From NCBI GenBank assembly GCA_048881705.1, contig JBHLSH010000013.1, positions 1-58,303 of the forward strand: 58,303 nucleotides of DNA. The letters run 5' to 3'. This stretch comes from Candidatus Heimdallarchaeota archaeon. GTDB lineage: Archaea; Asgardarchaeota; Heimdallarchaeia; Hodarchaeales; Hodarchaeaceae. Positions 19,045 to 28,070 of the stretch are shown in pieces (positions within the stretch are counted from its first letter, which is position 1; each line of letters opens with the position of its first letter). The notes below the pieces were generated by a model that was not told the origin of the DNA, did not search any database, and was given only the letters and a program-made list of their open reading frames with translations. A program made the position numbers and the translations under genes.

Positions 19045-20313
19045 TTATAAAACCTCTAATTTGATCGGCTGGACCGATGAATAACAGATTTTTACAGAAC
19101 TCTCTTCCTCAGAGGTATAAGATTCCCTGATATCATTTCGTAATTTGTTTACGAGCTCGGCGTGAATACCTGAACGATAATACATAATTCCCATAAAGAT
19201 AGTGTTAGCTCCGGTTAATACGAAGAAAATAAGAATAATAACCAAGAGTCCAACGATTCCTCCACTCGCCAGTTGATCTGTTGAAACCATTTTATCGACT
19301 AACCAGGCAACTGAGGGGATTCCAAATGCTAGTGTGAAGACATTACTAATTGAGTCGGAAGCAAATGTGAGCAAGGTGGTTTCTATGATTTCATTACCTG
19401 AATCATCCAATCCTGCGGTGCTTATACTGGTTTTGGCGACCTTCAATTCCGCATCTTCCCAGACCCAAACCCATACAAAATATACTGCCATAATAATGGG
19501 GACTGCAAGAAACATAAACAGAAATCCAAAGCTTGAAAGGGCATCTATTGATATTATCGATTGGACTGGGGGGTCCCCTCTCAATAAAAGAATAATTCTA
19601 ACGATTAGAGCTGAAATACCTACATTTAACACGAAAAAAGGTTTCCAATTGCTGACGACAAACTTGGCCAAATCCATACCGTTTTTCATGGTTTTTACCT
19701 CGGAATCAGCTTCAATAAACCAAGTACCTCTTAAATTTACTCCAGGAATGTAGCTGAGAAATGCCAAAAATGGATATGATAGCGACAAAAATCTTTTTGG
19801 AACGAAATAGAGATATCTATAGATCCTCGGAAATAAAATGAAGATAAACGCTGTAAATGTGGCGAGCAGGAAATAGTTCCCAACAATTGCAACGAGAATG
19901 AGGATGCCCAAAAAGGTCAAGCTTATTTTTCCAAAACCCATAACCTGAAAATCTTTCTCTTTACGGGCAATAGGGACCATCTTTTCAACAATCAGGCCCT
20001 TTCTATTCAAAAAATATGTTACAACAAGAGTGATCGGGAATAAAAAGACTTGAAGCAGGACATAAGCGAGAGAAAAAATAAGTGGATAAGCTGTGAAGAA
20101 ATAAATTAAACATATTACGATTACATACTTCCATATGCTGGGTGGGGGTTCCGATGAGTGTTTTTTCCAGGATTTCATCTGAAAACCCTTGCTGACAGTA
20201 TAGATTGGTAAAAATGGCAATAAAACCAATGAAATGAATTTTTTAAAATAACCAAAGCTATTGAACTGGCTTCTAAAGGAATATTCGAAATCATGTGGAG
20301 TTTCTGATTTCAA
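19045..20313 (-). CDS. Polytopic membrane protein of unknown function
   Basis: 422-aa ORF with about 9-10 hydrophobic segments. Confidence 0.7.
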   Translation of the reverse strand: MKSETPHDFEYSFRSQFNSFGYFKKFISLVLLPFLPIYTVSKGFQMKSWKKHSSEPPPSIWKYVIVICLIYFFTAYPLIFSLAYVLLQVFLFPITLVVTYFLNRKGLIVEKMVPIARKEKDFQVMGFGKISLTFLGILILVAIVGNYFLLATFTAFIFILFPRIYRYLYFVPKRFLSLSYPFLAFLSYIPGVNLRGTWFIEADSEVKTMKNGMDLAKFVVSNWKPFFVLNVGISALIVRIILLLRGDPPVQSIISIDALSSFGFLFMFLAVPIIMAVYFVWVWVWEDAELKVAKTSISTAGLDDSGNEIIETTLLTFASDSISNVFTLAFGIPSVAWLVDKMVSTDQLASGGIVGLLVIILIFFVLTGANTIFMGIMYYRSGIHAELVNKLRNDIRESYTSEEESSVKICYSSVQPIKLEVL

Positions 20314-20522
20314 CGCAGCTCCACCTCCTTGTGATATTTCTTAGGGTAGAGAGATCGCTTTAGAATGTTTCCATTCATCATGTTGGAAACAAGTGGAAAA
20401 GGTGTTAGATCCCGTTTTTTATGTCGTTACCCGAACTATAATGAAAATCTTGAAGGCCTCGTTGGTTGTCCCTCAAATTAAATCAATCATGAGGATATCT
20501 CTTCCCTGCATGACGAGGACAG

Positions 20523-22466
20523 TTACCTCATTCTACCAGATTCTAATTGCCTCATTCGCGCTATTGCTGTATTTAGAACCCCCTTTAATAAATGGAGAAG
20601 ATGGGCACCCTTAGGTGTAAGAGAATAGAATCGAAAACGAGCATCGTGAACCCCTTGTGCAAAAGGTTCAAATTTGAGATAGTTAAGGGAGTGTAATCTT
20701 TTAATCTCGTAAGAAAGAGTTGCTGGAGAAATATCCAAGATTTTCGATAACTCTAGTGTATGAACATTGTCAGGATAGTGATAAGCGATTTCAATTAAAG
20801 TTAAGACAGATCTTCCTTTCAATTTAGATAGAAAATCATGCCTAATTTCAGATGGAAAATATTCTATTAAAGAAGACGGTTCAGCGGGGGGTTCCAAGAC
20901 AGGAAACGATTGTAATTCAGGAATAATTCCTGAAGAAATATTATCCAATCCAATAACCACTTTACGATAAATATTTTTTAGGACATCGTAAGGAGCGGAC
21001 TGAAGAATTTCACTAAATCCTTGAAGGGCATTGATCTTGGCATTGTAAACAAGGTAGCTTCCTATTCCAACAACCGCGATGAGGACGATAAGGAGGATAA
21101 TAATTTGGACGTTTGAACTTAAATTCCCGATTTTCAAAATGATAGGTTCTGAAATATAGGTTGTTTTGTACCCATCGGAACATAGGGCAACAATTTTGAT
21201 TAGAATCTGCGATCCATCAGCTAAGGAGGATTCACCCCAGGTATAATAGGTATTTGTATAATTAATGATTAATTGACTCCAGGAGTTGCCATTATCTGAG
21301 GAAAAAAATAGAGAATAGCTAATGGAGTGGCCCATAGAATCATAGGGTGAATTCCACCGTAGAAGGGAATATTCAGTCAGGAGTTCCCCTTTTTTAGGTT
21401 GTATCAAACTTGGAAACGTAAGAAAGTGTAGGCCATCAATCTGATCGACGGACGTTAGAGGGAACGGGTCAGTATTAGCTGCCCTTCCCTCTATCCAATA
21501 GGCATTATCAACAATTCCATTACCATCATCATCCGGAACTGTCCACTCGCTCCAGTAGTTTTGATGAAACACATTATCGATCCCGTTGTCGACTGCTTGA
21601 GACGTCAGGTCCAGATTATTCTGAATAATATTCGTTGTAACCAAGTTATTTGTTGATTTCAGATCGAGAATTACCCCAATTTTGCTACTTACAATAGTAT
21701 TTTGGATAATTTTGCAGTTATTGGCATTTACTAGATCGATGCCGTAGAAATTCTGTAACAACATATTTTGGGAAATGGTATTATTTACAGAATAACCAAT
21801 CTGGATACCAGGTCCTCCCCCCGCGTCTTGAACGGTATTATTGGCGATTATATTGTTATTTCCTCGTATAGATATTCCGTTAATGTTATCATGAAGCTGA
21901 TTGTACTCTATAAGGTTATTGTTCCCGTCCACAGCAATTGGAAACTCAATATTAAAAAAAGTGTTATTAGTGATTGTATTATAACTTGAATTATCCGCTA
22001 GGATAATACCCATTCTTTCATTGTTTCCTCCGAGGGTATTTTTCAAGACATTATTTATGATTGCACCATTTTTGACATGGGAAAAAACAATCCCATGGGG
22101 GCCGGTTAGAAAACAGTTGATTATTTCAAAATATTTATCAGTGTTGCTTATAGATATTGATATCCCTTGGGGGGGGAAACTTTCTATATTTAATCCATCA
22201 ATGATAAAGGGATTGGATACGGAGCCATTTCCAGACCAATCTTTTGCGGTCGCGGTAGTAGCAAAGTTTTCATTCGAGTCGATGGCAATCGGATTATGAG
22301 TCAAGAATCTTGAAGCCAATCTGGTTCGGGAACCCTGAGGTTTGTTTGATTTGAGCAATGGTTGGATTTGATAAGAAGTGGATTCCTGTACACCTGAAGG
22401 GGATTCTATAAAAAGGAATCCTCCAGCCATCAGGCAAAGAACCAGAAATACTTTAGATGAAAACAT
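20523..22466 (-). CDS. Membrane-spanning transcription factor: NosD/beta-helix + Ig/FN3-like ectodomain, single TM, cytoplasmic MarR-type winged helix
   Basis: Signal peptide; NNxIxxN beta-helix repeats; WNSPYD...YSLFFSSDNG..W; TM VQIIILLIVLIAVVGIGSYLVY; C-terminal LELSKILDISPATLSYEIKRL...DARFRFYSLTPKG. Confidence 0.85.
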   Translation of the reverse strand: MFSSKVFLVLCLMAGGFLFIESPSGVQESTSYQIQPLLKSNKPQGSRTRLASRFLTHNPIAIDSNENFATTATAKDWSGNGSVSNPFIIDGLNIESFPPQGISISISNTDKYFEIINCFLTGPHGIVFSHVKNGAIINNVLKNTLGGNNERMGIILADNSSYNTITNNTFFNIEFPIAVDGNNNLIEYNQLHDNINGISIRGNNNIIANNTVQDAGGGPGIQIGYSVNNTISQNMLLQNFYGIDLVNANNCKIIQNTIVSSKIGVILDLKSTNNLVTTNIIQNNLDLTSQAVDNGIDNVFHQNYWSEWTVPDDDGNGIVDNAYWIEGRAANTDPFPLTSVDQIDGLHFLTFPSLIQPKKGELLTEYSLLRWNSPYDSMGHSISYSLFFSSDNGNSWSQLIINYTNTYYTWGESSLADGSQILIKIVALCSDGYKTTYISEPIILKIGNLSSNVQIIILLIVLIAVVGIGSYLVYNAKINALQGFSEILQSAPYDVLKNIYRKVVIGLDNISSGIIPELQSFPVLEPPAEPSSLIEYFPSEIRHDFLSKLKGRSVLTLIEIAYHYPDNVHTLELSKILDISPATLSYEIKRLHSLNYLKFEPFAQGVHDARFRFYSLTPKGAHLLHLLKGVLNTAIARMRQLESGRMR

Positions 22467-22737
22467 CCAAATAACCCCGCGTTCTATCTAAAATAGGTAT
22501 GTTAGCCAATTAATATGTGTTATATAATCAGGATATTTCCTGGTGCGGCGTTTTCTATTCTTTAGAAGAATGGGCGATCTTTATCTCAAAAAACGCAAAA
22601 AAAAACGTTTTTCCATCAATATCCTTGGAATTTTCCAATGAGCGTACGAGAAAATTCCCACTCTATAAAAACCTGACAGAGGAGTTAAGGTTTGGAAGTG
22701 TATCAAAGCGAATCAGTTTTTGGATTCCTTTGTAATC

Positions 22738-22938
22738 ATGGCATTAATGAGCTTAATCGCATCAATAACTTGTCTATTTATCGATCAGCTGAATGAGACC
22801 CAACCAGCAATAGCCAAAATAATTTATGAATTTGTTCGCACCTACGGTGTAGACACCTTAAAATACGAGGAAAGATATGGGAATGGCGTAACACCTTACC
22901 GAGATGCCAACCGTCAAACATTAGATTGGTTGGAATGA
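22738..22938 (+). CDS. Small hypothetical protein or gene fragment
   Basis: 66-codon ORF from ATG 22738, protein-like but unrecognised. Confidence 0.3.
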   Translation: MALMSLIASITCLFIDQLNETQPAIAKIIYEFVRTYGVDTLKYEERYGNGVTPYRDANRQTLDWLE

Positions 22939-23038
22939 AACTTCCATGGTGGAAACGTTTAGCTCTAAGATTACTGGCTTTTGGTTGAAATCAGGTCCAA
23001 TCGATATTTCTAGAAACCAATGGGGAATAAACATGATG

Positions 23039-24244
23039 CTAAACTGCTTTTTTGAGTGGTGAAACAACCAGGAAAAGAAAAACAAAGACTGTAAGAACGA
23101 GGAGAACGCTTACGGAAAAATAAGCGGCAAAAAATCCAATAAAATTGATGAGAAAACCCGTAATAAAAGGACCTAGCGAATGCCCTATATCCATAATAGA
23201 TGAAAGCATTCCAATGGAGGAAGCTACTTCATCATCCAAACTGAAGTCAGATACTAAGGCAGCAGTTGAGGAAGTAGTCAAAGCCACACCGATGCCAAAA
23301 AAAATCGCACCCAACATATATGCTGCAAAATTTTCTTGAAATGAAGCAAATATAATGAATGAAAAGGCACTTACAACCAACCCCAAAGAGACAAAAGGTT
23401 TTCTTTGCCATCTATCAGAAAAGGCACCTGATACTGGTTTGATGAGGATAATAACCGAAATTTGCAGTGCCATAACAAGGCCAATAGTAAAAGGGTCCCA
23501 TCCAAAAGCCTCCATTTGGACGGGAAGAAAGGTTTCAAACGCACCTGAAGCAAACAAGATCATGGCTTCAACTGTACTTGTAATGATGATCCCTCTATTT
23601 GTCAACAGACGTTTGAGATCTGTTGACCCAATTCGAGAGGAGACTATTTCTTCACCAGGAAATTCTTTTTCCCGTGGTAAGGTTAATCCCAGACTAAAAG
23701 CTACAATACCAGAAACCGCACAGGTTAAGTATACCGCGATAAAGGAACCTATGGTAATTAAAAAGCCAGCTAAGGCCGGGGCAATAACACGGCCCAGCAT
23801 GGTCAATGAAGAGTAAAAGCTCATTCTCGAAGCCCTATTGACAGGATAATAAGAAACAATAAGAGACAGGACAATAGGGCCGAAGATCGCGGTGGCGATA
23901 CCATGAAAAAACCGTACAGGGATGAGTTGCCAAGATTCAGATACGAAAAGATATAGGAAGGGGGCAGCTGCAAAAAAGAACAAGGAAAGCTGAATTATAC
24001 GTATCTTCCCCCACCTGTCCGCTATTGCTCCAGCTGGAAAACTAAGTAAAATCCCAGGAATGGGACCAATGGCGGCGATAATGCCAAGTTGCCAATCTTC
24101 AACCCCCAAATGAGAAGCAAAGAGCGAAAGAGTAGGGTTTTTTGCCATGGTACTACTTAGAAGGGCAAGAACGCCAACTAGGCACACAAGGTAAAATAGG
24201 AAAGAAGAAGTTTCGCTCCTTGAATTCTTAGAAACCTTAAACAC
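23039..24244 (-). CDS. MFS transporter
   Basis: GAIADRWGK and GAFSDRWQRK motif-A repeats, about 12 TM segments. GTG at 24244 preferred because TTG at 24295 overlaps the chrB-like gene. Confidence 0.9.
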   Translation of the reverse strand: MFKVSKNSRSETSSFLFYLVCLVGVLALLSSTMAKNPTLSLFASHLGVEDWQLGIIAAIGPIPGILLSFPAGAIADRWGKIRIIQLSLFFFAAAPFLYLFVSESWQLIPVRFFHGIATAIFGPIVLSLIVSYYPVNRASRMSFYSSLTMLGRVIAPALAGFLITIGSFIAVYLTCAVSGIVAFSLGLTLPREKEFPGEEIVSSRIGSTDLKRLLTNRGIIITSTVEAMILFASGAFETFLPVQMEAFGWDPFTIGLVMALQISVIILIKPVSGAFSDRWQRKPFVSLGLVVSAFSFIIFASFQENFAAYMLGAIFFGIGVALTTSSTAALVSDFSLDDEVASSIGMLSSIMDIGHSLGPFITGFLINFIGFFAAYFSVSVLLVLTVFVFLFLVVSPLKKAV

Positions 24245-24260
24245 CCTTAATACAGCAAAA

Positions 24261-24767
24261 CTAGTGTGAACTATACCTTTTCTGAAAAAACTCATTCCGT
24301 TCTTTTCTTGTCATCTGCTTCATTTCGTCAGGATACTGCTCTTGGAGTCGTTTGTATCGGAAGAACGCTAGTAATGAATCATAAACAGCCATTTGTTTTT
24401 GTAACGAATCGTGATCGTTAAAACTGATAAGCGGGATTCCAGTTGCGATAGCCTCCAGACCGACGGCGAGATTGGTTTTATCGATCGATCCTGTATCTGC
24501 TGCGCGAACGACCTCTGCAAGCTCCAAAAGAGCTGGATCTCTCAAATTAAATTTCTTGATTATGGCATTGAAGGTACATTGGTCGCCTACGTGACCCAAT
24601 TCTGTTCCTTTAATATCAAACGGTGTCCCTCCCACAGCATCAGCGACTTTCTGAACATCTTCAGCAGGAACAAACAAGAATTCAGCCTCTGCATCAACAA
24701 AACGTTGGATAAGCCAAGGACAAGCTACTCTATCGACATGTACATAATTCCTAGTTACCCAAATCAT
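24261..24767 (-). CDS. Chromate-resistance ChrB C-terminal-domain protein (ChrF-like)
   Basis: MIWVTR..VHVDRVACPWLIQRFVDAEAEFLFV...CTFNAIIKKFNL.DPAL..LAEVVRAAD. Confidence 0.9.
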   Translation of the reverse strand: MIWVTRNYVHVDRVACPWLIQRFVDAEAEFLFVPAEDVQKVADAVGGTPFDIKGTELGHVGDQCTFNAIIKKFNLRDPALLELAEVVRAADTGSIDKTNLAVGLEAIATGIPLISFNDHDSLQKQMAVYDSLLAFFRYKRLQEQYPDEMKQMTRKERNEFFQKRYSSH

Positions 24768-25091
24768 ATTCCGCACTCCGTATTCGACAGAAGGGTTGGT
24801 AACAATAAGAACCATTTTATATAAAATTGACGGTTTTTAAATCGATAACCCTACAAGTTAGAGGACGTGCAGGATTAAACAACGAACATGACCCCAGAAA
24901 AAGAGAGGTTTATGACAACATATAATAAAAAAAACCTTAGCATGACATAAATTATATTTTTAAAATGTATTGGTCTTTTCTCACTATTTATCGGAAAGGT
25001 ACACTTGTATACATCAAGTTCACCTCTGAAAACATTTTATTTCAAATTGCCTTCTTGAATATGTTTTTAAAGTAAGAAACCAGAATGTTAC

Positions 25092-25820
25092 GTGGAATAC
25101 AAAATGAGAGTAGGCATCTTCAAACTATTCAGCAAAAAGATAATCCGTAGAAAGGCATGGGGAGTTCATAAAAGAGCCATAGTCCAGATATTGACACCGA
25201 GATGCCGAAAGGATGGAAGGCCTGAATATGGTCGTTTCACACCCAAGGAAATGAGACACATAATATCTCGGGCTGAATCGAACATTCAAGAGTTAATGCC
25301 GTATTTCAAAGACCACGATAACATCGGCAATTACATGAATGAATATGGCGGATTGATACACCTAGCTATATATCGGGCTATGGTGGAAGAAAAGATAGAT
25401 CCCAGATACGCCACGAATCTGGTCGCAGACCTGATATGGCAAGTTCGTGTGAACATGAAGGGTGTGGTTCCAATAATTGATCCGTTGAGACTGAGACTGG
25501 CTAAAATCCGAACGAAGGATCCAGTAGCCTATCTCGGAAAGCGCCTTGAAGATGCTTTGAAATTCCCATATAGCGAACCAGGTTATAAAACGAAACTGTA
25601 CAAAGATGGAAACGTATTTTATCTGGATATCTATTCATGTCCAGTTTATGATTTCTATGCCCAATTCGGGCAAGAAGAGAAGGCTTTTTTTAGAAGAACA
25701 TGGTGTACCTATGATTATACTGTGGCGGAACACCTTGTTGAAGGCGGCAGATATCAGAGAGAACACACGTTATCAGATGGGGATGAAGTCTGTGACATGA
25801 GATACTTCATCAGTAGGTGA
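25092..25820 (+). CDS. L-2-amino-thiazoline-4-carboxylic acid (ATC) hydrolase family protein
   Basis: CPVYDFY...WCTYDY...REHTLSDGDEVCDMRY three-Cys pattern. Confidence 0.8.
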   Translation: MEYKMRVGIFKLFSKKIIRRKAWGVHKRAIVQILTPRCRKDGRPEYGRFTPKEMRHIISRAESNIQELMPYFKDHDNIGNYMNEYGGLIHLAIYRAMVEEKIDPRYATNLVADLIWQVRVNMKGVVPIIDPLRLRLAKIRTKDPVAYLGKRLEDALKFPYSEPGYKTKLYKDGNVFYLDIYSCPVYDFYAQFGQEEKAFFRRTWCTYDYTVAEHLVEGGRYQREHTLSDGDEVCDMRYFISR

Positions 25821-25937
25821 AAACCCCATCTTACCTGTTTAAATCCCGGAAACCAGGATTCCTGATTGGGGGTGAACACCGACCCTGGTCAATTCGTTTT
25901 TCGAGTAGGCGCGCTTTAGCCAATAACGAGATCTAAA

Positions 25938-26573
25938 TCATGAAGAGATTTTTCCAATCCGACTCGCCAAAATTGTCAATTGCTTAAAATCGGAGTTTTC
26001 AGTAATCCCTAAAGCCTTCATTGTGACAAACCACTTTGTTTTATCAACAATTATCTTTAGTTCGCTTAGGCCGTCTCCGAAAGTTATCTCAAAGCTCCTC
26101 TCCAGATCAGAAATATCCTCTAAGGGTAAATTTAAACCTTGTAAGACCCTATTGGCAAGGTGCTTGACATAATGACAATGGGTCAAATGCAATAATCTTT
26201 CGACCTGTACGCGGTTTTTACCGGCAAGCATGGGATTGGCGGGATTATTCTTCAATAAGAGAGTAAATCCCCTGGTTGATCTCTTCATAGATAGGTCAGG
26301 ATGCGCCACATCCTTGATTGCTTTTCGTAGGCTATCCTCCTGCGAAAAAAGACCAGCACGCTCCGAACGCGGCTCAATGATCCATCTTTGTTCCAAACTG
26401 TACCCCGGTGTCGGGGAACACGACAACCTTAATATATCCGATTGACAAAAGATTAACTCTTCTATACCCCAAAAAAACGTTACATCCCAATTTCTTGCTG
26501 AGCAAGGAAGGTGAATATAGGTTGTTTTTGGACTGGGAGAATCCTGTCTTCTATCTTTTTTTTGGCAACCCAC
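25938..26573 (-). CDS. Hypothetical protein (true start probably downstream of 26573)
   Basis: The C-terminal ~140 aa look like soluble coding sequence. The N-terminus of the track ORF looks non-coding. Confidence 0.5.
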   Translation of the reverse strand: MGCQKKDRRQDSPSPKTTYIHLPCSARNWDVTFFWGIEELIFCQSDILRLSCSPTPGYSLEQRWIIEPRSERAGLFSQEDSLRKAIKDVAHPDLSMKRSTRGFTLLLKNNPANPMLAGKNRVQVERLLHLTHCHYVKHLANRVLQGLNLPLEDISDLERSFEITFGDGLSELKIIVDKTKWFVTMKALGITENSDFKQLTILASRIGKISS

Positions 26574-26690
26574 ATAAGCAAAGTCACAAGAAAAAAGAAA
26601 ATATTTCCCTCCGACAAGAAAGTAGAGGAGGTTTGAAAAGCCTTGCGGATAATCAGGGTTCGAGGGATCTGATATATTGGAAATTTGGAA

Positions 26691-27665
26691 TTATAACGCG
26701 AAATATGTCTCTATAAACGGAACGATTATAGGAAGAACCACACCGACAATTGCGATAATAGCGGCGAAGAATAGAATTGGAATGGAAATGAGATCCCGTT
26801 GCTCTTTGTACTCGTTGTCCTGGATTTTTTGGATATTTTTTAAATTCCCTTTCTCGGAGATTCGGTTAGCCATCAATCCTGCCAAAACAACCGCCACTGC
26901 AGTTAAGGACACACCCAAGCTGAACTGATTGACTAAAGTATTCAGAGACCCAACGAAGGCCGTCTGATCAGCTATTTGAGCCTGTATTTGAAAAATGGGC
27001 AGCCGTATGGCGGAGAGAGCGGCCACCAGGTTAACTCGTACTATTGTTGATATTTCAGAGGAAGCTAGATTGACAGAATTATTGATGAAGTTAAACACCA
27101 AATTATAGTTCGCGAGATTCAGTGTCTGCTGTATATAAAATCGTAAACCAACTTCTTCAACAACAAGATTTCGATTTTTGGTTGCATTGATCCAATCTTG
27201 TTTGGTGAGATAATACTCGAATCCTTCCTCATCAACAGTGGTAATAGGATACTTGGCACTGAGAGGTTTGCCTGCAAAATAATTATCAAGCGTGTAGGTC
27301 AGATAAAACTTAGATTGCCTATTTATGGCCGTAATCAAGAGCAGAATCTGATTGGTGTAAGCTCTCCTTTGAGGGACAGTTAATGTGTTGTTTAACATTT
27401 CCAGTTCCGCATCAAGCTGTATCACCGTGGCTCTCATATTTTGTACTACAGTGTCCTTTGGAGTTTCAATAGTCATTATTTGCTGAGCTAATGATTCCAT
27501 TCTTCTAACTTGAGTTTCCCATTCGGTAATCTGTTCTTTGAGGTTTGTTTCTTGAACCACAAGCTCAGTTTGATAAAATCCAGAAATAAATGCGGCTGCC
27601 GATATAAAGAGTATTATTGCGGTCGAAATCTTGCCTTTAAAGTCAAAATTAGTCAGAAATCCCAT
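26691..27665 (-). CDS. Membrane protein with N-terminal TM, long helical ectodomain and two C-terminal TMs
   Basis: AGGAGG RBS before ATG 27665. Heptad-like segment TNLKEQITEWETQVRRMESLAQQI. Confidence 0.7.
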   Translation of the reverse strand: MGFLTNFDFKGKISTAIILFISAAAFISGFYQTELVVQETNLKEQITEWETQVRRMESLAQQIMTIETPKDTVVQNMRATVIQLDAELEMLNNTLTVPQRRAYTNQILLLITAINRQSKFYLTYTLDNYFAGKPLSAKYPITTVDEEGFEYYLTKQDWINATKNRNLVVEEVGLRFYIQQTLNLANYNLVFNFINNSVNLASSEISTIVRVNLVAALSAIRLPIFQIQAQIADQTAFVGSLNTLVNQFSLGVSLTAVAVVLAGLMANRISEKGNLKNIQKIQDNEYKEQRDLISIPILFFAAIIAIVGVVLPIIVPFIETYFAL

Positions 27666-28070
27666 CGTTTGGAACCTCCTTCTTTTTAAAATTCTTTGCC
27701 AGAATACGAATGAATTAGAATTCAAAGGATCTGGGGGAATAACAGTTTTTTTTTCTGAATTTGCGAATTTTACTCAGAAGTTTTCTTCGAAGTTCGAAAC
27801 AATCCCGCGATAATGCAGATTTGAGCCTCCAATTGAGCTAAACTGATTCCAGGCAAAGTTTGAATGTTGCCAGGATCGTCATCAAAAATCAATTATCCCA
27901 GATTCTACGACAAAAAACTGTAGATTAGTACCCCCTAACCTCTCAAACCAATTAAGGATCGCCTTAATGAGAAAGAAAAAGGTTGGGGAAAAGAAATCGG
28001 GAAGATCCGCAAAAATGCACGAACATAACATCAATAAAAAGATAAAATGATTTGGAGGAAGGAAGAGATC

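Noticed and set aside
22517-22735. 72-aa ORF overlapping the next small ORF (possible frameshifted gene)
   Set aside because: No recognisable motif, and it spans the promoter region of the receptor gene. It cannot be supported.
25838-25890. Overlapping short hairpins after the ATC hydrolase gene
   Set aside because: Short, imperfect and mutually overlapping; at most a terminator.
26408-26928. Two + strand ORFs (102 and 83 aa)
   Set aside because: Largely antisense to minus-strand genes, with shadow-like composition.
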